A DNA stretch of 32,000 nt from Nanobdellota archaeon (GCA_042850255.1 AP031373.1:480001-512000); one strand, 5' to 3'; positions 15,925 to 24,846 are shown, numbered from the stretch's first letter. The notes: generated from the letters alone by a model not told the origin. Made by a program: numbers and translations.

Positions 15925-16528
15925 TAATTTCGTGTCCAGTACTATATTTTCCTATTATTATATAATCTTTGTTTATTTCTATTCCATATCTTAAATAGGG
16001 ACTACCGAAATTAATAGATCCTATATCTATTTTATATCCGGATATTTCTCCAATTTTTTCTATTATCTTATCATCAATTTCTTGTGATATCAATAATTTA
16101 TTCTTATATATTTTTGAAATACTTCCAGCCAAATATTTCATTTTTATTCTATAGGCGGGTAATGATAAAACTTTTGATAATATCTCTACATCTTTTTCTT
16201 TTCCTTTAGAATATATTATTCCATTTTTTCCAATTATATATAAATTACCAATTAAATTTTCTATAGTATTAATCTCTATTAAATCAAATTTTTCTTTTAA
16301 AATTTTCTTTAATTCATCTGGAGAATTTTTACTTATTATAATCTTCCCATCATATTCTATAAAATATGGGGAAATTATTGGAGAATCAATATAATATTTA
16401 TTCATATCAATTCCTAATTTTTCAATTTTATTTTTTTCTTTAATATTAGCAATTAAAAAATCATCAAATAAATGTAAAATTAAACCAATTGATGGAGTTT
16501 CAATATCATTAGCTTTTTTTATTATCAT
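15896..16528 (-). CDS. eif6: translation initiation factor 6 (aIF6/eIF6)
   Basis: About 210 aa with pentein-like repeats. The N-terminal ETPSIGLILHLFDDFLIA and C-terminal GSPYLRYGIEINKDYIIIGKYSTGHEIIKIEEFF resemble aIF6. The track ORF starts at a TTG (16534). The first ATG is at 16528. Confidence 0.6.
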   Translation of the reverse strand: MIIKKANDIETPSIGLILHLFDDFLIANIKEKNKIEKLGIDMNKYYIDSPIISPYFIEYDGKIIISKNSPDELKKILKEKFDLIEINTIENLIGNLYIIGKNGIIYSKGKEKDVEILSKVLSLPAYRIKMKYLAGSISKIYKNKLLISQEIDDKIIEKIGEISGYKIDIGSINFGSPYLRYGIEINKDYIIIGKYSTGHEIIKIEEFFSG

Positions 16529-16591
16529 AATCAATATTGATAATCAATAAAATTATAAAGATTTATATTTATCCAAATATCCTATTAAGAT

Positions 16592-17332
16592 ATGAATATA
16601 TTTTCTAAGATATTTAAAAGAAGTAATGAAAATAACAAAGAATTTGTACCTGTCCAAACTCAAAATCCTATCCAAAATCCTGTTCCCAACTATGATTCAG
16701 AAATAAAAAGTATTGCAAATTCAATAGAAGGATTAGCTAAATCTGTAAGGGATTTAGAAAGCAAAGTTTCAGATATTTCTAATAAATTTTCAGATTTAAA
16801 TACAAAAGTAGAAAATAATCAAAATGAAATAAATAATATAAAAAATAATATGGAAAAAATATTTTCAATATATGAGTTATTAATAAAAAACTATAATCCA
16901 TTTGTTGAAGATGAAAATATAGAAAATAAAGAGATAAATATAGAAAATAATAAAATAATAGAAGAAGAAAAAGAAGAAAATGTTTTACCTTTAAGTAATT
17001 TAGATAATAATCCTACAGTTGCTTCTATTGTTATAGGATGGTTATCATATTTAATGAGAAAATCTAATTTAGAAGAAGTGGACAAATCTTTAGATTATTA
17101 TGAAGAAATAAATTGGATAACAGAAGATGTTAAAATAAAATTAAAAGAATATTTGAAAGGATTGGAAAATATAGAAGGAGAAAATAAAAAATTGACACCT
17201 ATGGATCATATAGTAAGTTTATACATAATTTATAAATTATCTCAATTAAGAGGAGAAGGAAATATTGAAAGATTAAAGGATTTATATAAAGAGCTAATAC
17301 AAAAAGGATATATATCTCCAGTTAAACAATGA
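16592..17332 (+). CDS. arlD: archaellum protein ArlC/D/E-like (FlaD/E domain)
   Basis: 246 aa. An N-terminal coiled coil is followed by the C-terminal segment NPTVASIVIGWLSYLMRKSNLEEVDKSLDYYEEINWITEDV, which matches the FlaD/E W..FL....YYe..gWIs pattern. It lies upstream of arlH and arlI. Confidence 0.55.
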   Translation: MNIFSKIFKRSNENNKEFVPVQTQNPIQNPVPNYDSEIKSIANSIEGLAKSVRDLESKVSDISNKFSDLNTKVENNQNEINNIKNNMEKIFSIYELLIKNYNPFVEDENIENKEINIENNKIIEEEKEENVLPLSNLDNNPTVASIVIGWLSYLMRKSNLEEVDKSLDYYEEINWITEDVKIKLKEYLKGLENIEGENKKLTPMDHIVSLYIIYKLSQLRGEGNIERLKDLYKELIQKGYISPVKQ

Positions 17333-17715
17333 TAAGAGAATTAATATTTTTGATAATATTATTTGTAGCAGGATTTTTTGTTTTACAAGCATTTTATAGT
17401 TTTTATAATTCTGCAGGAAAAATAATTGCTAGACAAGTTGAAAATTTAACTAATAATGTTAACTATGTTTCTCAAGTTAATTATGTAATAAATGAACAAA
17501 ATTTCAATGGATATTCAATATTATACTTAATACAAAATCAAATAAAAAATGAATGTATAAAAAATATAGATATAAATAATAATCCTGTAAACTTTTCATA
17601 TAAAATATTAAATAAATATACTATAGAATTAAATGTAAGTACAAATGTATATGCAGGAAATAATATGACTGTAACATTTTGTAATGGCCAATCTTATAAT
17701 TATATGATATCATAA
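17329..17715 (+). CDS. archaellum stator-like protein ArlF/ArlG-like
   Basis: 128 aa with an N-terminal TM helix and a beta-rich domain. The position between the arlD-like gene and arlH matches the canonical operon order. Confidence 0.4.
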   Translation: MIRELIFLIILFVAGFFVLQAFYSFYNSAGKIIARQVENLTNNVNYVSQVNYVINEQNFNGYSILYLIQNQIKNECIKNIDINNNPVNFSYKILNKYTIELNVSTNVYAGNNMTVTFCNGQSYNYMIS

Positions 17716-17716
17716 A

Positions 17717-18421
17717 ATGACAGAATATATAGAAATATTTATTGATAGAGATGAATTTTCCGATAGAATTGGAGGAGGAATACCAAAAGGTAGTTTATTT
17801 ATAATTGAGGGAGATGATGGAACTGGAAAAAGTATAGTTTGCCAAAGAATATTATATGGAGCTTTAGTTAATAATCATAAAGTATCATATATATCTACAG
17901 AATTATCTATTATAGATTTTATTAAACAAATGGATTCTTTAGGTTATGATATAAAAGATTTTATATTAAATGGAAAATTATTATTTATTCCAACATTGAA
18001 TGTATTTGGAAAAATAAAAGAAAAAGAAAATTTAATATTTGAATTAACAAAAGAAAAAGCTAAGAAAATATTTGAAAACGAATTAATTATTATAGATTCT
18101 TTATCATATCCATTAATAAATGGATTGACAAAAATGGATTCTATAAAATTAATAGAATTTTTAAATAAGGTAAAAAATTTAGGAAAGACAATAATTGTTA
18201 CATATAATCCTTCTGAAATAAATGAATTTTTTGTTAAAAATGTAAGAAGAGTTTCTGATATTTACTTTAATTTAAGGTATAGTTCGTTGGAAGAGGGGTC
18301 TATGCTAAAAGTAATAGAAGTAAAAAGGTTTAGATATCCTAAAGGAATATATAATAATTTAATACCATTTAGAGTAGAGCCAAATATAGGGCTAATAATT
18401 GAAATATCTTCATATGTATAA
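17717..18421 (+). CDS. arlH: archaellum protein ArlH (FlaH), a RecA/KaiC-like ATP-binding protein
   Basis: 234 aa. GGGIPKGSLFIIEGDDGTGKS (Walker A) has the KaiC/RecA-like layout. The TAATG junction overlaps the arlI start. Confidence 0.75.
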   Translation: MTEYIEIFIDRDEFSDRIGGGIPKGSLFIIEGDDGTGKSIVCQRILYGALVNNHKVSYISTELSIIDFIKQMDSLGYDIKDFILNGKLLFIPTLNVFGKIKEKENLIFELTKEKAKKIFENELIIIDSLSYPLINGLTKMDSIKLIEFLNKVKNLGKTIIVTYNPSEINEFFVKNVRRVSDIYFNLRYSSLEEGSMLKVIEVKRFRYPKGIYNNLIPFRVEPNIGLIIEISSYV

Positions 18422-21400
18422 TGCCTGAGGAACAGATACAGAAATTAGAAAATAAGCAAGAATATGTTATAAAGAGAGATAAGGTTAATGTAATAAATAA
18501 TGATATAACTAAAAATTTTGATGAAGCATTAGCGAAATATTCTCATTTAAGATCTTATATAAATGATATTTCTAGAAAAATTGGATTACCAGAATGGATG
18601 ACATCTTTAGACTTTTCATTAAAATCTAGGGAAGAATTTAACATATTATATCCTGTAGGAGATCCTATATTTATACATATATATAAATTATCTAGCGGAG
18701 AATCTTATTATAATGTAATAGAACCTGAGTTAACAAAAGATGAAAAAGAAAAATTAGAAAAAATACAAACAAAAATTGTTAAGTATGCTGTTGAGAATAT
18801 AAATTTAAATAATATAGAAGAAGTTAAAAAAACTGTAATAGATTTATTTAATAGAGTTGTAGAAGTTGGAAGAAGATCTTTATTTTCTGATAAAGTATTT
18901 ATTAAAAATAAGGAAGAATATGATAGATTATTGTATTTCTTAATTAGAGAAAGATTTGGTTATGGATTTTTAGAACCATTTTTAAGAGATCCATATTTAG
19001 AAGATGTACATATATTGGGAATGGGTCCTATTTATGTTGTTCATAAAATATTTGGTATGTTACAGACTAATAGAAAATTTGAAGATGAAAAAGATTTAAA
19101 TAGATATATAATAAGGTATTCTGAAATTGTAGATAGACCTGTTTCTGAAACAAGACCAATTGTAGATGCAATATTACCAGACGGTTCAAGAGTTAATTTT
19201 ATTTATGGAAAAGATATATCTCTACATGGATCTTCATTTACAATTAGAAAATTCTCTGCTAAACCTTTAAGTATTACACAATTAATTTCCTTTGGTACTA
19301 TTTCACCAGAAGAAGCTGCTTATTTATGGTTAGCAATTGAAAATGGAATGAATATTGTTGTATCTGGAGAAACTGCTTCAGGTAAGACTACATTATTAAA
19401 TGCTTTAACTACATTTATTAGACCAGATGCTAAAGTATATTCTGTAGAAGATACTCCTGAATTAAATATACCCCATCCAATTTGGCAAAGATTGGTTACT
19501 AGAGAAGTTGGAAAAGCTGCAGATGTAAGTATGTATGATTTACTTAGGGCAGCATTAAGGTCTAGACCTAATTATATATTAATAGGTGAGATAAGAGGAA
19601 AAGAAGGATATGTAGCTTTCCAGGCGATGCAGTGTGTAAAAGATGCAAAAGTTGTTTTAGGTGATGAAGTAAAAAATATAAAAGATTTATTTGAAGAATA
19701 TAAAAATAAATATGGAGTTAAAATAATTGATGGGAAAGAAGTTGTTGAAATAAAAGATAACTTTGAAATACCATCTTATAATGGTAAAGAAATAACAAAA
19801 GCAAAAGTAAAAGCAATTTTAAAAATGCCAAAAAGTAAGTTAATAAGAGTTATTTTAGAGGATGGAAATGTATTTGAAGTAACGCCAAATCATAAGTTTA
19901 TAACAAATTATGGTGAATTATCTGCTGAAGAATTATATGAAGCATATAAGAAAAATTTAAATATATATGTAAAAAGAGTGAATAATTTTGAAAAGAAAGA
20001 AGAAAATGGTATAAAATTTAAAGAAGAAAAGTTAGAATTATCAAATCCATGGTTCTGGTATGGATTAGGAAGATTATTAGGAGATGATTCTATATTTATT
20101 TATTATAAAAATGATAAAATTAAAGGATTTATATGGCAAGCAAAAACAACTCATAAAGATGAGGCAAAATGGATGGAAATAATGGACAAAGTATTACCAA
20201 ATAATTCTAAAAGCAAAATAAAAACAGAAGGAAACACTTATATAAAAAGAATATATTTAAAATGGTGGTTTGTAGATTGGTTAATAAAAAATGGATTTAT
20301 AGAAATACCTGAAAAGAAAAATGAATATGCATCTGCAGTAATTAAACATGTTGGAAATATACCTAAAGAAGCATTAGGACCATTTTTAGCGGGTATGTTT
20401 GATTCTGACGGTTCTATATTATGGGTAAATAAGAAAACAATGTTATTTAGATTTGCATTAGATTTAAATAGAAAAAATAGAGAAGATTATCCATTAGCTA
20501 TAGAACAAATAAAATTATTTAAGAAATTGAAAGGAAAGTTACCAAAAATATTAGAAGTAGTCTTTAGATATTCCTCAGAATATGAAGATTTAGTAAAAAG
20601 ATATAAAGAAGAAATAGAAAAGAATGGAGTAAAAGTAAAGATGAAAAGATATGATAAAAGAAGGGGAATATATGGATATGTAATATTTTCAACTAAAAGG
20701 GAAAAATTAAGATGGTTTGCAGAAAATGTAGTTCCATATATGTTAAGAGAAGATAAAAAAGAAAATATATTAAGAAAAATAAATGTAGAAATTAAAAGAA
20801 AAGATAAATTAAATATAAATGATTATGAAGTGAAATATATTGAGGTAAAAGATAAAGATGTAGATAAAATGATAGAAAAATTATGGTTAAGTGGATATGA
20901 TTTCTCCTTAGATTCGATATTTAATAGAAAGAGAATAATTTATTTAGATAACCGTGAATATGTAAAAGTAATTAAGGTTGAAGAAGCTGGAGAGGATTAT
21001 ACTTATGATATATTATTAGAGGGGGGAGGAAAATATTATGTAGGATTTAATGGAGGTGGTGCAATTGCAATAGAAGATACAGGACATCCTGTAATGACTA
21101 CGTTTCACTCAGGTAATATTGCTTCATTAATAGAAAGAATGACTGGAGAACCAATAAATATTCCAATAACATTTATAGATAACTTAAATATAGCGGTATT
21201 TACATCTACTGTAACTGTAAAAGGTAGAATGGAAAGAAGAATAACAAGTATATATGAAATAGAAAGATATATTGCAGAATTAAAGAAAGTAGCAGTTAGA
21301 AGAGTATTTTCTTGGGATAGTGTTAGAGATAAACATATGTTTTCTGGAAAATATAATAGTTATATATTAGAAAGAAAAATTGCTCCTTTAATGAAAATAG

Positions 21401-21552
21401 ATGATAAAAGGAAAATGTATGAAATATTGGATTATAGAGCTAGAATATTAAAAAGGATGGTTGATGAACAAATATTTGATTTCTTCGAAGTTTGGGAAAT
21501 ATTAAAGAACTTTTATATAAATGGACCATCTGCTTTACCATTTTCAGTATAA
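18421..21552 (+). CDS. arlI: archaellum assembly/motor ATPase ArlI (FlaI), interrupted by an intein
   Basis: 1043-aa ORF. Walker A is GETASGKTTLLNAL and Walker B is RPNYILIGEIRG. The conserved motif FQAM-x-TGH is split as AFQAMQ|C...IED|TGHPVMTTFHSGN. The extein total of 561 aa is a normal FlaI size. Confidence 0.9.
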   Translation: MPEEQIQKLENKQEYVIKRDKVNVINNDITKNFDEALAKYSHLRSYINDISRKIGLPEWMTSLDFSLKSREEFNILYPVGDPIFIHIYKLSSGESYYNVIEPELTKDEKEKLEKIQTKIVKYAVENINLNNIEEVKKTVIDLFNRVVEVGRRSLFSDKVFIKNKEEYDRLLYFLIRERFGYGFLEPFLRDPYLEDVHILGMGPIYVVHKIFGMLQTNRKFEDEKDLNRYIIRYSEIVDRPVSETRPIVDAILPDGSRVNFIYGKDISLHGSSFTIRKFSAKPLSITQLISFGTISPEEAAYLWLAIENGMNIVVSGETASGKTTLLNALTTFIRPDAKVYSVEDTPELNIPHPIWQRLVTREVGKAADVSMYDLLRAALRSRPNYILIGEIRGKEGYVAFQAMQCVKDAKVVLGDEVKNIKDLFEEYKNKYGVKIIDGKEVVEIKDNFEIPSYNGKEITKAKVKAILKMPKSKLIRVILEDGNVFEVTPNHKFITNYGELSAEELYEAYKKNLNIYVKRVNNFEKKEENGIKFKEEKLELSNPWFWYGLGRLLGDDSIFIYYKNDKIKGFIWQAKTTHKDEAKWMEIMDKVLPNNSKSKIKTEGNTYIKRIYLKWWFVDWLIKNGFIEIPEKKNEYASAVIKHVGNIPKEALGPFLAGMFDSDGSILWVNKKTMLFRFALDLNRKNREDYPLAIEQIKLFKKLKGKLPKILEVVFRYSSEYEDLVKRYKEEIEKNGVKVKMKRYDKRRGIYGYVIFSTKREKLRWFAENVVPYMLREDKKENILRKINVEIKRKDKLNINDYEVKYIEVKDKDVDKMIEKLWLSGYDFSLDSIFNRKRIIYLDNREYVKVIKVEEAGEDYTYDILLEGGGKYYVGFNGGGAIAIEDTGHPVMTTFHSGNIASLIERMTGEPINIPITFIDNLNIAVFTSTVTVKGRMERRITSIYEIERYIAELKKVAVRRVFSWDSVRDKHMFSGKYNSYILERKIAPLMKIDDKRKMYEILDYRARILKRMVDEQIFDFFEVWEILKNFYINGPSALPFSV
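19633..21078 (+). mobile_element. 482-aa intein with a LAGLIDADG homing-endonuclease domain inside arlI
   Basis: Cys1 (CVKDAKVVLGD). Block B is EVTPNHKF. The two LAGLIDADG motifs are YGLGRLLGDDS and FLAGMFDSDGS. Block F-like is YTYDILLEGGGKYYV. It ends ...AIAIED with Thr at +1. Boundaries are set by the split FlaI QAM/TGH motif. Confidence 0.85.
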
Positions 21553-21632
21553 TTTTTAAATATTAAAAATAAATTTTTCATAATGATTACTCATCGGTAT
21601 TGAAAAGGCAAAAAATTTTAATTATATAATTT

Positions 21633-22904
21633 ATGATGGATAAAGATATTATTAGAGTTCTTTTATGGAAAAAACCTAGTATAGAGATATTGGGAGATGA
21701 AAAAGTAAATAGAATAGAAAAATTTAAGCATTATATAGGTTATGAAATATCTGGATATGTACATATAGGTACTGGAGTAGTTTCTGGATATAAAATAATT
21801 GATATATCAAATTTTGGAGAGGCTACAGTATTCTTAGCAGATTGGCATTCTATGATAAATAATAAATTGGGTGGAGATATTGAAATAATAAGGAAGATTG
21901 CTAAAGGATATTTTTCTGAAACTATAAAACAAAGTATAAAAGCATTGGGAGGAGATCCTGATAAAGTAAAATTTGTATTAGCTTCAGATATATATAATAA
22001 TGATTATTGGGGGGAAGTAATTAAAATAGGAAAAAATACTACATTAAACAGGGTTTTAAGGTCTATTACAATAATGGGAAGAAAGGGGGAAGAATCTATA
22101 CCATCTGCATGGTTAATATATCCATTAATGCAGGCTGCTGATATAATATTCCAAAAAGTTAATATTGCACATGCTGGAATTGATCAAAGAAAAGCTCATG
22201 TAATTGCAATAGAATATTCAGATAAAATAGATTATCCATTAATCGCTATGCATCATCAATTAATTACAAACTTACAATTATCATTTGAAGTATTTCAAAA
22301 ATTGAAAGAAGGTAATAAAAGAGAGGCAAAAGAAGAATTATCTGAATTAAAAATGTCGAAATCAATACCAGGATCTGCAATATTTGTTCATGACAATCCT
22401 AACGATATTATGGAAAAAATAAATAAGGCATTTTGTCCTGCAAAAGAATTAGATTTTAATCCTATATGGGAAATAATAGAATATTTAATATTTAGAGGAC
22501 AAGAAAATTATGGATTAATAAAAATATTATTAGAAAAAGGATATAAAATTGAAGGATTAGAAAAATTAGATTATAATATTTATGAAGAACTAAAAAATAA
22601 TAATAAAATAGATTGGGAAAAAATATATGAATTTGCTAATAAAGAATCAAATGATCTATATAAGTATTCATTTGAGGAAATAGAATTTGAAATTATCAAT
22701 GGAAAAACTGGAGAAAAGAAAGTTTATAATAAATTATGGGATTTAAGAAAAGATTGGATAGAAGGGAAAATACATCCTTTAGATTTAAAGAATGCGGTAG
22801 GTAAATGGTTAGCAAATAAATTAGAACCTGTTTATAAATACTTTAATGAAGGTCCTGGTAAAAAATATAAAGAAGAAATAGATAGTGTTAGAATAACTAG
22901 GTAG
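21633..22904 (+). CDS. tyrS: tyrosine--tRNA ligase with lineage-specific insertions
   Basis: 423 aa. The class I HIGH-like motif is YEISGYVHIGTG; LADWHSMINNKLGG; KMSKS is followed by AIFVHDNPNDIMEKINKAFCP; the C-terminal HPLDLKNAVGKWLANKLEPV matches the archaeal TyrRS pattern. Confidence 0.7.
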   Translation: MMDKDIIRVLLWKKPSIEILGDEKVNRIEKFKHYIGYEISGYVHIGTGVVSGYKIIDISNFGEATVFLADWHSMINNKLGGDIEIIRKIAKGYFSETIKQSIKALGGDPDKVKFVLASDIYNNDYWGEVIKIGKNTTLNRVLRSITIMGRKGEESIPSAWLIYPLMQAADIIFQKVNIAHAGIDQRKAHVIAIEYSDKIDYPLIAMHHQLITNLQLSFEVFQKLKEGNKREAKEELSELKMSKSIPGSAIFVHDNPNDIMEKINKAFCPAKELDFNPIWEIIEYLIFRGQENYGLIKILLEKGYKIEGLEKLDYNIYEELKNNNKIDWEKIYEFANKESNDLYKYSFEEIEFEIINGKTGEKKVYNKLWDLRKDWIEGKIHPLDLKNAVGKWLANKLEPVYKYFNEGPGKKYKEEIDSVRITR

Positions 22905-22938
22905 TACTATTTATAAATATTTTTTTCAATGATTATTT

Positions 22939-23271
22939 ATGAAGATTGACAAAATGGTTAACAATATAACACTCTTCTTATATTTATATAGATTACATGC
23001 TAGAAAATTATTTAATAAAATGAAAAATCAAGAAGCTAAAGCTTTGTTATTAATATCATATAAAGAAGATGATATAGTAGATTTATTAAACCAAATATTA
23101 CAAGAAAAAGAATTATTTAGAGATCTAGTAGAAAAAAATGAATTAGATCATGCTTACAAAGTATATAAAGATATAGAATATAAGTATAAATTAGCGGAAA
23201 ATATATTGACAAATAGGATAGAAGAACTAGTAAAAATTAGAGCATTTGATATTATGAAGTCAGGTCATTAA
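22939..23271 (+). CDS. hypothetical helical protein
   Basis: 110-aa ATG ORF. No family recognised. Its 3' end overlaps the convergent phosphohexomutase gene by 20 nt. Confidence 0.4.
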   Translation: MKIDKMVNNITLFLYLYRLHARKLFNKMKNQEAKALLLISYKEDDIVDLLNQILQEKELFRDLVEKNELDHAYKVYKDIEYKYKLAENILTNRIEELVKIRAFDIMKSGH

Positions 23272-24535
23272 ATATTTTGTTTATATCTATATTTTTATCA
23301 TAGCTTTCTATTATTACCCTATATATAGGTTCCGTTTGTGATTCTCTCACTAATATCCTTATATTATCTTTCAATAATTCTATTCCATCCAAATTTCCAT
23401 TTAGATCATTTAGTTCATAATTATTTTTTTCTCCATATTCTTTTGCTTTTTTAATTAAATCTATATTTTTTGGAACTTCTTTTCTTATAATATTAAATTC
23501 TGGAACTTTTATATTATTAATATCAAAACCCTTCTTGATTTGTTTTAATAACATTAACCCTCCAAATAACCCATCATCTATATAATCATTTTCCATAAAA
23601 TATATATGTCCAGAATATTCTATACCCATATAACTATCATTTTTTCTACAATTTTCTTTTACAAATGTATGACCAGTTCTAGATAATATATATTTTCCTC
23701 CATTATTTTCTATATATTTTCTAATATAGACTGGTAATGAAATTTCTACTACAAATTTTCTATTTTCTTTTATAAATGGTACTATATATTTATCCATCTT
23801 TATTATATTTCCATTACTATCTACTATTCCAATTCTATCTCCGTCTCCATCAAATCCAAATCCAATATCCAATTTTTTATTTTTTACTAAATCAATTAAT
23901 TGTTTTAAATTTTCATCTACAGAAGGATCTGGAGAATGAGAAGGAAAATTTCCATCTAATTTTTCATTTATAATATATACATCATTACCTAAATCTTGTA
24001 AAATATCTTTCATTAGAGATAAAACAGAATTTGCAGGATCATATCCTATCCTAAATCCTTTTATATCTTTAAACTTTTTTCTCATATACCATTTGTATAA
24101 TTCTATTCCATTTTCTTCTTCAACTTTTCCAATTATTTCAGATGGTTTTTTGATATTATTTGTTATATCTTCAATTTTCTTAATTTCCGCAGAAGACAAA
24201 TCATCTCCATTATTTCTAATAGGTTTTATTCCATTATATTCAGGTGGATTATGAGATGCAGTGATCATTAATACTGGAATAGAATATACCTTTGCAATAT
24301 AATGTGCCTCTGGTGTTGATCCAATTCCAAAGTCTAATACATTATGAGTATGTAATAAAGAATTTACTAATATATTTTTTATTCTTTCAGAATGAACTCT
24401 TATATCTCTTAATATACCTATTGTTTCGAAATTATTGAAATATTCTCCAAATGCTAACCCTATTTTATATATTAATTCATCTGTTAATTCTTTTCCATAA
24501 ATTCCTCTAATATCATATGCTTTGAATACGCTCAT
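23252..24535 (-). CDS. phosphohexomutase (phosphomannomutase / phosphoglucomutase / GlmM-like)
   Basis: 427 aa. FKAYDIRG; the active-site serine loop TASHNPPEYNGIK; the Mg-binding FDGDGDRIG. Confidence 0.85.
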   Translation of the reverse strand: MSVFKAYDIRGIYGKELTDELIYKIGLAFGEYFNNFETIGILRDIRVHSERIKNILVNSLLHTHNVLDFGIGSTPEAHYIAKVYSIPVLMITASHNPPEYNGIKPIRNNGDDLSSAEIKKIEDITNNIKKPSEIIGKVEEENGIELYKWYMRKKFKDIKGFRIGYDPANSVLSLMKDILQDLGNDVYIINEKLDGNFPSHSPDPSVDENLKQLIDLVKNKKLDIGFGFDGDGDRIGIVDSNGNIIKMDKYIVPFIKENRKFVVEISLPVYIRKYIENNGGKYILSRTGHTFVKENCRKNDSYMGIEYSGHIYFMENDYIDDGLFGGLMLLKQIKKGFDINNIKVPEFNIIRKEVPKNIDLIKKAKEYGEKNNYELNDLNGNLDGIELLKDNIRILVRESQTEPIYRVIIESYDKNIDINKIFNDLTS

Positions 24536-24540
24536 AAAAA

Positions 24541-24759
24541 TTATTTTATTTTAACTCTATATAAAGGAAATTTACCCTTATATGATAAATAAATATATAT
24601 GTTTATAATTACCATTAATACAATTATTAAAATTGATATTGGATATAGATTTTGATAAGGATTCATATATAAATTTGTAATAACTATTAAGAATACAATA
24701 AAAGTTATTATTAATGATAAATATAATTCATATTTAGTTGCATATAATTCTTGTTCCAT
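24541..24759 (-). CDS. hypothetical small membrane protein
   Basis: 72-aa ATG ORF with two hydrophobic helices, lying 5 nt upstream of the mutase gene. Confidence 0.4.
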   Translation of the reverse strand: MEQELYATKYELYLSLIITFIVFLIVITNLYMNPYQNLYPISILIIVLMVIINIYIYLSYKGKFPLYRVKIK

Positions 24760-24797
24760 AAAATATTTTACTAAAAAATATTTTTAATTTTAAAAAA

Positions 24798-24846
24798 TCT
24801 GTGCTCAAGACCCTCATCATATATCAGCCGATGAGTTTGTCTTCAT
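24798..24846 (-). ncRNA. candidate archaeal box C/D sRNA with the same non-consensus terminal boxes as 2218-2267
   Basis: The minus strand reads ATGAAGA(C-like)-CAAACTCATCGG(12)-CTGA(D')-TAT-ATGATGA(C')-GGGTCTTGAGCA(12)-CAGA(D-like)-TTTTTT. It is a G+C-rich island. The C-like box overlaps the TGA stop of ORF 24843-26123. Confidence 0.5.

Noticed and set aside
16531-16540. The perfect 10-bp palindrome tcaatattga at the eif6 / arlD-like divergent region, as an operator.
   Set aside because: It is a short AT-only palindrome overlapping the alternative eif6 start. It has no second copy or spacing pattern to support a regulatory site.
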